DNA of 64,000 nt from Clostridia bacterium (GTDB lineage Bacteria > CBDUZB01 > JAGLHV01). A program made the translations under genes and the position numbers. Below the pieces are notes generated by a model. The model was not told the DNA's origin. It saw nothing but the letters and a program-made list of their open reading frames with translations, and searched no databases. Shown here one piece after another: positions 57,576 to 64,000 of the stretch. The stretch is taken from contig DAOVVV010000008.1 of the NCBI GenBank assembly GCA_030637025.1, positions 5,802 through 69,801 of the forward strand, in the 5' to 3' direction. Position 1 is the stretch's first letter. Every line of letters begins with the position of its first letter.

Positions 57576-58922
57576 ATGCGTAAAGAAACAGATGTTTTAG
57601 TCTTAGGAGGAGGTCCTGCCGGAATAATAAGCGCGGTTACTGCCCGAAAATATTATCCCAACAAGAAAATTGTAGTAATCAAAAGTATAGAAAAAGGCGT
57701 TGTCCCCTGTGGTATTCCCTATATGTTTTCTACCTTAAAAAATCCGGAAGAAAATAAACTGGGTAATGCCGCACTGGAAAAAAACAATGTTGAAGTATTC
57801 GTAGATGAAGCGGTTAAAATAGAACGCAAAGATAGAGTTGTTACTACTAAAAAGAAAGATACCTATCATTATGAAAAATTAATTTTAGCAGTTGGTTCAG
57901 ACCCGATTGTACCACCTATTCCCGGTATTGATAAAAAGGGTATTTATCCTGTGTATAAAGAAATGGATTATCTTAAAAATGCTGTGGAAACTTTTAAAAA
58001 AGCAAAAAATATTTTAGTCCTGGGTGGGGGATTTATCGGCATAGAATTTGCTGATGAATTGGCTAAATTAGATGGAGTTAATGTTTGCTTAGCAGAAATG
58101 TTACCCGATTTATTAAATAATTCTTTTGATAGCGAATTTTCTGAATTAGTAGAGGAGAAGTTAAAAGCAAACGGGGTAAAAGTATTGACTAATGTAAAGG
58201 TGGAAGGTTTTTTAGGCAATGACGCAGTAGAAAAGGTTAAATTATCTAATGGGAGCGAAATAGCCGTTGATTGTGTTGTTTTAGGCATTGGGGCCTTTCC
58301 CAATACAAAAATAGCTAACGAAGCAAACTTAAGATTGGGTATGGGTAAAGGAATATGGGTAGATGAATATATGAGAACGGTAGATTCAAATATTTTTGCA
58401 GTAGGGGATTGTGCCGGAAAAAGAGATTTTTTTACGCGCAAAGATGCTCCGGTAATGCTTGCTTCAACCGCAACTGCAGAAGCCAGGATCGCAGGCTCGA
58501 ATCTCTATCAATTAAAAGTTGTTCGTGAAATTAAAGGAACAATTGCTATATATTCAACGTATATCAATGATTTAGCCTTAGCTTCAGCCGGCCTTACCGA
58601 AAATAATGCCAGAAAAGAAGGTTTTGAAATTGTAGTGGGTATGGCTAATAGCGTTGATAAACACCCGGCTACTATGCCTGATGCAAGTAAACTGAAAGTC
58701 AAATTGATTTTTTCCAGACAATCGGGAATTATAATGGGTGGACAGGTTGCCGGAGGAATATCCTGTGGTGAAATAATTAATATTATTGGAATAGCAATAC
58801 AAAAAAGGATTTCTTTAACCGAATTGGAAACATTACAAATGGCTACTCATCCTTGTTTAACCAGTGCCCCGACGATGTATCCGCTGGTATTAGCTGCCCA
58901 GGATGCAACAAGCAAAATTTAA
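57576..58922 (+). CDS. NADH oxidase / CoA-disulfide reductase family flavoprotein
   Basis: Active-site Cys in VVPCGIPY. FAD and NAD Rossmann motifs. C-terminal dimerisation domain. Confidence 0.8.
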   Translation: MRKETDVLVLGGGPAGIISAVTARKYYPNKKIVVIKSIEKGVVPCGIPYMFSTLKNPEENKLGNAALEKNNVEVFVDEAVKIERKDRVVTTKKKDTYHYEKLILAVGSDPIVPPIPGIDKKGIYPVYKEMDYLKNAVETFKKAKNILVLGGGFIGIEFADELAKLDGVNVCLAEMLPDLLNNSFDSEFSELVEEKLKANGVKVLTNVKVEGFLGNDAVEKVKLSNGSEIAVDCVVLGIGAFPNTKIANEANLRLGMGKGIWVDEYMRTVDSNIFAVGDCAGKRDFFTRKDAPVMLASTATAEARIAGSNLYQLKVVREIKGTIAIYSTYINDLALASAGLTENNARKEGFEIVVGMANSVDKHPATMPDASKLKVKLIFSRQSGIIMGGQVAGGISCGEIINIIGIAIQKRISLTELETLQMATHPCLTSAPTMYPLVLAAQDATSKI

Positions 58923-59061
58923 ATTGTTCATTAAAAAATTTAAAAATAAAATTATTTTTGAAAAAGGCATATAATGTGCAACGCATATAAAAAGAGGGAT
59001 TTAGTATGAACAAAGAATATATTCAAGTAATTACTACTACAGAAAAAAGTAAGGGGAGAAA

Positions 59062-59589
59062 GTGAAGATTTTTAAATTTATATTCGGCACAGTGATTTTA
59101 TTGTTAATCTTTAGTATGGTTATTTTACCCCAAAGCCGGCAAATTATCGCAAAAGAAACAATAACCGATATCATTAATCCTTCGGAAAAAATCAATGAAG
59201 TATTAGATTGGTTCAGGGATGTTTATCTTAAACAACAGGATAAATTAGAAGAGGCTATTACTAAACTGAAAAATCGCACAATAGGTAAAACAGATAAAGC
59301 AAAAAGAAAAGAAATAAAAACGATTGTTAGTAAAAAAGAATTAGTAAATTTAAACAAGTTAACATGGGAATATACAAATGTTGGTATTCCTAACGCTTTA
59401 ATCAAGATAGAAACTGTTTTTTTAAAGCAGGAAGAAAAAATCGCAAAACTGGAATATTTATTAATAAAAGAAAAATCCGGAAAATCTAAAAAAAATATGA
59501 GCAAAGAAATAAAAGAAAAAAAGAAAGCATATAAAGAAGCAAAGAAAAAATATAGGGAATTTTTAAAAAAAGCAAGACAGATTGATTAA
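59062..59589 (+). CDS. hypothetical N-terminally anchored, Lys-rich coiled-coil protein (GTG start)
   Basis: AAGGGGAG RBS, an N-terminal TM/signal segment and a highly charged C-terminal half. Confidence 0.4.
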   Translation: MKIFKFIFGTVILLLIFSMVILPQSRQIIAKETITDIINPSEKINEVLDWFRDVYLKQQDKLEEAITKLKNRTIGKTDKAKRKEIKTIVSKKELVNLNKLTWEYTNVGIPNALIKIETVFLKQEEKIAKLEYLLIKEKSGKSKKNMSKEIKEKKKAYKEAKKKYREFLKKARQID

Positions 59590-59740
59590 AATAATAATAA
59601 AAATCTTTACTGAAACGTTTTTATATAGTACAATCAAAAAGAGGTTTTTGTATTTGGGATTTACTTATAATTATATTTAAAAATCTATTTAGATTTATTC
59701 CGGTAATTACGGAAAACCAAAAAAAGAAGGGGGTGTAAAA

Positions 59741-59875
59741 ATGCATAATCAAGCTTATATGATGGGCGGATTTATGATCATTGTATGGTGGGCAGTTTTT
59801 ACTTGGTTGGTCATATTTACTATAATGGTTGTTAAGAAATTAGATAAAATTGTTAAGTTACTTGAAAAAAAATAA
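59741..59875 (+). CDS. small membrane protein (44 aa)
   Basis: RBS aagaagggggtg and a single TM helix. Followed by a large hairpin. Confidence 0.3.
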   Translation: MHNQAYMMGGFMIIVWWAVFTWLVIFTIMVVKKLDKIVKLLEKK

Positions 59876-59888
59876 TTTTTAGTAAAAT

Positions 59889-59980
59889 AAAAAGGGGCGT
59901 TCACAAAAGTATAAATTTATAGAGTTATTAATTAATCCTATTTTTTTTATTATTTATACTTTTATTAACGCCCCTTTTAT
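59889..59980. terminator. long inverted repeat (~27-bp arms aaaaggggcgttcacaaaagtataaat / atttatacttttattaacgcccctttt, ~35-nt AT loop). Possible bidirectional terminator
   Basis: Read directly from the sequence. A- and T-tracts flank both sides. Confidence 0.45.
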
Positions 59981-60081
59981 AGCCTTCGTGAATTCTTTCT
60001 TAAAGTTATACAGGTATAGGAAATAAAATTGATTTGGTTCATATAGTAAAAAATATTTACTTTTAAAAAACCTTTTAATAA

Positions 60082-60498
60082 ATGAAAAATAAAGAATGTA
60101 CTAATTGTGCGGAATATAAACGCTGTAAAGATAATCATACTTCCTGGATATTTTTTATAATAGGGATAGTTGCTACAATATCTTTACGGGTTGTTACGGT
60201 TTTAATTTATATTAATCCTCTTTATGGAAAAATTGCATGGTATGTCGGTGTCGGAGGATTCTTTATTTTTTTCGTTTATAAATTCAAGGTGACGCAAACA
60301 AGGGCTAAACTGATTAACCAACAGAATATAGTCAATAAAATTAGACAAGAAGAACAGTTAACAAAAGAAGACTACTCTCTGATAGGGAATATTTTATGCA
60401 GCATAAGTTCTAATAAAGATAGAATAAATTATTTTTTTATATTTGTTTTATCGGCACTGGCTTTAATAATAGCTCTCTATTTCGATTTTGTAAAATAA
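60082..60498 (+). CDS. hypothetical membrane protein with N-terminal Cys-rich motif (CTNCAEYKRC)
   Basis: CxxC-x5-C then three TM helices. Confidence 0.4.
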   Translation: MKNKECTNCAEYKRCKDNHTSWIFFIIGIVATISLRVVTVLIYINPLYGKIAWYVGVGGFFIFFVYKFKVTQTRAKLINQQNIVNKIRQEEQLTKEDYSLIGNILCSISSNKDRINYFFIFVLSALALIIALYFDFVK

Positions 60499-60541
60499 GT
60501 CAATTCCAATGCAGGTTTGAAAGAGGATTTTAGGAAAGTAA

Positions 60542-61285
60542 ATGAAACGCATTTTTAACCGGCAAATTATTTTAGGTTTGGTTTTAGTGATATTATCTGC
60601 AGTAGTTTATCTTGTTCATTATTTAGTTTTCAGGGATGCTCATCATATTTTTATCTATCTAGTGGGGGATGTTGCTTTTGTTTTCCTGGAAGTTTTACTG
60701 GTTTCTCTGATTATTCACAGTATACTTGTTTATAGAGAAAAGCAGGTAATGTTAAAAAAGCTCAACATGGTAATCGGTGTTTTTTTTAGTGAAATAGGGA
60801 CCATCTTACTTAAAAAACTTTCCGATTTTGATTTGGAAGCTTTTAAAATTACCAAAGAACTGATTATTACTAATGATTGGTCTAATCAAGAATTTTTAAG
60901 AGCGCATAAATATCTCAAGGAACATACAATTAATATCGATACTAAAAAAGGAGAATTAGAAGAAATAAAAAAAAATTTGTTAGGAAAAAGGAATTTTTTA
61001 CTTAATCTATTGGAAAATCCCAATTTATTAGAACATGATTCTTTTACCGACCTTCTTTTTGGAGTATTCCATTTAACGGACGAACTGGATAAAAGAAAAG
61101 ATTTAAAACACCTGCCTCAAACGGATTACAAACATCTCGCCGGGGATATTAAAAGGGCATATCATTTGTTGATTTTTGAATGGTTAAATTATATGAAACA
61201 TTTAAAATACGATTATCCCTATCTTTTCTCTTTGGCTATAAGAACAAATCCTTTTGATGCTAAAGCTACGATAGAAGTAAAATAA
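60542..61285 (+). CDS. hypothetical membrane protein (2 TM + ~170-aa cytoplasmic helical domain)
   Basis: Topology read from the translation. No recognisable family. Confidence 0.4.
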   Translation: MKRIFNRQIILGLVLVILSAVVYLVHYLVFRDAHHIFIYLVGDVAFVFLEVLLVSLIIHSILVYREKQVMLKKLNMVIGVFFSEIGTILLKKLSDFDLEAFKITKELIITNDWSNQEFLRAHKYLKEHTINIDTKKGELEEIKKNLLGKRNFLLNLLENPNLLEHDSFTDLLFGVFHLTDELDKRKDLKHLPQTDYKHLAGDIKRAYHLLIFEWLNYMKHLKYDYPYLFSLAIRTNPFDAKATIEVK

Positions 61286-61870
61286 AGATTATTAACACGA
61301 TTAATAAGGAATAATCTTAAGACCGTCCTTCAAATTCCCATTTATAGAGGTTATCACTTCAAATAACTAAGTTATCATTAGAATGTCAAATTTTCTTTAT
61401 TCATTGTAACTTTCCTGTTTTTCATCGGAGAGTGTTCCGGAAGATATTATGGATTTTACATTTTCTACACCTTTAAAAAAGTCCCCCGAGTAGACAAATA
61501 GTTTAAAATTTTATTTTTTTTACTTGACTGTTTTGTATTAAAATGTTAAAAACAGATTTCATTTAATATCAGATTTAGAAAGCAAGTTATACCGAAGAAG
61601 GGAAGAAGTAACTAAAAACAAATAAAAAGTAATACAAATAATAATTAGTTAATAAGGACACAATGTTCCCTGTGTTCTATTCAGTAAAAGTCCGATTAGT
61701 GAATTTTTGAGATAAAAAACTAATGTAAAAAGAAAATTAAAAACGTTTGAAAATAAATTAGGATTAACAGATTAACAGGGGGAAGAGAAGTTTTTTAGAG
61801 AAAATTGTTTTAACTTAAGAATATTGTTAAAAGATTTTAACATTATCACCAAATATTAAAGGAGATAGGT

Positions 61871-62968
61871 ATGACACGCGTTTACAATTTTAGTGCAGGT
61901 CCGGCGGTTTTACCGGAAGAGGTTTTGCTAAAAGCGGCTCAGGAGATGTTGGATTATAAAGGATCAGGAACGTCTGTGATGGAAATGTCTCATCGGGGCA
62001 AAGAATTTAAACAAATTATTGAAACTGCGGAGGCGAATTTAAAAGACTTGATGAATATTCCTAAAAATTATAAGGTGTTGTTTCTTCAGGGTGGTGCGTC
62101 TTTACAGTTTGCTATGGTACCATTAAATTTAATGAAAAAAAATAAAAAAGCTGATTTCGTTCATACCGGACAGTGGACAAAAAAGGCAATAGCGGAAGCT
62201 AAAAAATTTGGTGAGGTAAACATTGTCGCGAGTTCCGAGGAGGATAATTTCACCTGCATTCCGAAACTGGATCCGGCAACCTTTTCAAAGGATGCGGATT
62301 ATTTTCATATTGCGACCAATAATACTATATACGGAACGGCATATAAAGATATGCCTCAAACAGGGGATGTTCCTCTTGTTGCAGATATGTCTTCCAATAT
62401 TTTGTCGGAGCCGATTGATGTATCTAAATTCGGGATAATATTTGCGGGTGCTCAGAAAAATATCGGGCCGGCAGGGGTGACTATAGTGATTATCCGTGAA
62501 GATCTTGTTGGCGGAGCAGCCAAGGATATTCCAACTCTTTTGAATTATCAAACTCAGGTTGACAATGGTTCTCTATACAATACGCCGCCGTGTTATTCGA
62601 TTTATATAGCCGGATTAGTTTTTGAATGGATCAAGCAAAACGGTGGTCTGATTGGTATGCAAAAGAGCAATAAAGAAAAAGCTCAAATTTTGTATGATTA
62701 TTTGGAGCATTCAACCCTTTTCAGCAGTCCCGTCCAAAAGATGAGTCGCTCAATGATGAATATTCCTTTTGTAACCGGAAACAAAGAGGTTGATGCGGAA
62801 TTTATTGAACAGAGTGCTCAACACGGATTGAAGACTCTAAAAGGGCACCGGACAATAGGGGGGATGCGGGCAAGTATTTACAATGCAATGCCGATAGCAG
62901 GGGTTAAGGCTCTTGTTTCGTTTATGAAAGAATTTGAAACTAATAAAGGAGGAGGGAATAATGTATAA
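61871..62968 (+). CDS. serC: phosphoserine aminotransferase
   Basis: MTRVYNFSAGPAVLPEEVL start. PLP Lys in a GAQKNIGPAG-type motif. 365 aa. Confidence 0.9.
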   Translation: MTRVYNFSAGPAVLPEEVLLKAAQEMLDYKGSGTSVMEMSHRGKEFKQIIETAEANLKDLMNIPKNYKVLFLQGGASLQFAMVPLNLMKKNKKADFVHTGQWTKKAIAEAKKFGEVNIVASSEEDNFTCIPKLDPATFSKDADYFHIATNNTIYGTAYKDMPQTGDVPLVADMSSNILSEPIDVSKFGIIFAGAQKNIGPAGVTIVIIREDLVGGAAKDIPTLLNYQTQVDNGSLYNTPPCYSIYIAGLVFEWIKQNGGLIGMQKSNKEKAQILYDYLEHSTLFSSPVQKMSRSMMNIPFVTGNKEVDAEFIEQSAQHGLKTLKGHRTIGGMRASIYNAMPIAGVKALVSFMKEFETNKGGGNNV

Positions 62969-64000
62969 AATTTTAAAACTCAATAAGATTTCAGCAGACG
63001 GGCTGGCTGTTTTTCCTTTGGATAGATATGAAATCGGGACAGAAATTATAAATCCGGATGTAATAGTGATACGAAGCTCTAATATGTGCGATATGGATTT
63101 ACCAGAAGCATTACTATCCGTAGGACGGGCTGGTGCGGGAGTGAATAATATCCCTGTTTCACGATGCTCAGAGAAAGGGATTGTCGTTTTTAATACTCCG
63201 GGGGCAAATGCCAACGCAGTTAAGGAAATGGCGATAGCCGGTTTATTTTTGGCGTCTCGAGATATTGCAGAAGGAATCAGTTTCTCACAATCTCTAAAAG
63301 GAAAAGGAGCTGAAGTTCCCGCTCTCGTTGAAGGGAACAAAAAAAAGTTTGCAGGGCAGGAGATCAAGGGAAAAACTCTTGGCGTGATTGGGCTTGGAAA
63401 GATTGGTGTAATGGTTGCCAACAGTGCTATTGATTTAGGGATGCGTGTAATCGGATATGACCCGTTTCTTTCAGTAGAATCCGCATGGGGATTGTCCAGG
63501 GAAGTTCAGCGTGCGGACGGAATGGATGCGTTGATAAGTGATGCCGACTATATTTCGGTACATACTCCTTTAACGGATAAAACCCGCGGGATGATTGATG
63601 CTAAAAAATTTGCTCTCATGAAAAAAGGGGTGCGTCTTTTAAATTTTTCGCGAGGGGGAATTATTAACAATGACGACTTGCGGGCGGCTATTAATAATGG
63701 GACGGTTTGGCGTTATGTAACGGATTTTCCTGATGACAAACTTCTTAATATGGAAAATGTTATCGCGATTCCGCATTTAGGTGCGTCAACCCAAGAGGCT
63801 GAAAGGAATTGTGCCGTTATGGTTGCTGAACAGATTAAGGATTTTATCGAGAATGGAAATATCAGAAATTCGGTAAATTATCCTGACAGCAAGTTGGCAA
63901 TAAATTCCGATTTTCGTTTAATGATCATGAACAAAAATATTCCCAACATGGTCGGGCAGATTTCCACAATTCTTGCGACAGCCAATATTAATATTGTTGA
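62962..64000 (+). CDS. serA: D-3-phosphoglycerate dehydrogenase, 5' partial (runs off window end)
   Basis: ATG at 62962 overlaps the serC stop. GVIGLGKIGVMVA NAD motif, the catalytic RGG...H region and the start of a C-terminal ACT domain. No stop codon before 64000. Confidence 0.85.

Noticed and set aside
1-64000. tRNA, rRNA, integrase, transposase and toxin-antitoxin genes
   Set aside because: No cloverleaf-compatible GTTC-loop segments or rRNA-like stretches were seen. No ORF shows integrase or transposase motifs. The only nuclease-like candidate linked to the repeats is the GIY-YIG ORF.

Overview
AT-rich (roughly one-third G+C by eye), gene-dense chromosomal window. Strong AAAGGAGG Shine-Dalgarno sites precede almost every gene. 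All substantial genes but one lie on the + strand. Content points to an anaerobic diderm bacterium: rubrerythrins, desulfoferrodoxin, an iron-sulfur flavoprotein and an outer-membrane phosphate porin. No rRNA, tRNA, CRISPR array, integrase or transposase gene was found.

Main blocks, in order:
- A glutamine-amide supercluster: glnA, class-I glutamine amidotransferase, a small Fis-HTH protein, Gln-dependent nadE, gltB, gltD, carA, carB, and a standalone archaeal-type glutamate-synthase FMN subunit.
- A 2TM channel with a TrkA-C domain, then an HExxH metallopeptidase-like / ATP-grasp ligase pair.
- A 142-bp tandem-repeat array ahead of a Zn-ribbon/DUF2007 gene.
- A MATE pump, a HI0933 flavoprotein, an orphan HhH radical-SAM protein and a BI-1-like membrane protein.
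- A trehalose/alpha-glucoside cluster: a GT4 transferase, a beta-PGM + trehalose-phosphatase fusion, and a GH65 phosphorylase fused to a degenerate receiver domain.
- CBS protein, HtrA-like protease, a PPC-domain protein and a predicted lipoprotein Pcm.
- A complete Pho regulon: phoB, phoR, porin O/P, pstSCAB, phoU.
- mtnA plus a class-II aldolase (likely the anaerobic DHAP-shunt form of MTA salvage), with NifX-like, methyltransferase and Isf genes.
- An oxidative-stress island: Rrf2, ldhA, reverse rubrerythrin, dfx, rbr, grx, trxR, permease, nox.
- An AT-rich island of unknown membrane proteins, then serC and the 5' part of serA.

The most unusual signal is a family of mosaic, palindrome-built interspersed repeats, seen at 15 or more loci:
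- A MITE-like composite element carries ~10-bp terminal inverted repeats (AGAGTTCTGC ... GCAGAAGTCT).
- Its 3' end sits a fixed 29-33 nt upstream of the start codon of six genes and 40 nt upstream of an ATG-TAA mini-ORF ahead of a seventh (the porin).
- One copy shows a nested insertion of one repeat module inside another.
- A small GIY-YIG nuclease gene sits precisely between two inverted copies of the 24-bp REP-like palindrome, behind its own consensus promoter. This is a candidate selfish or mobilising unit for the repeat family.
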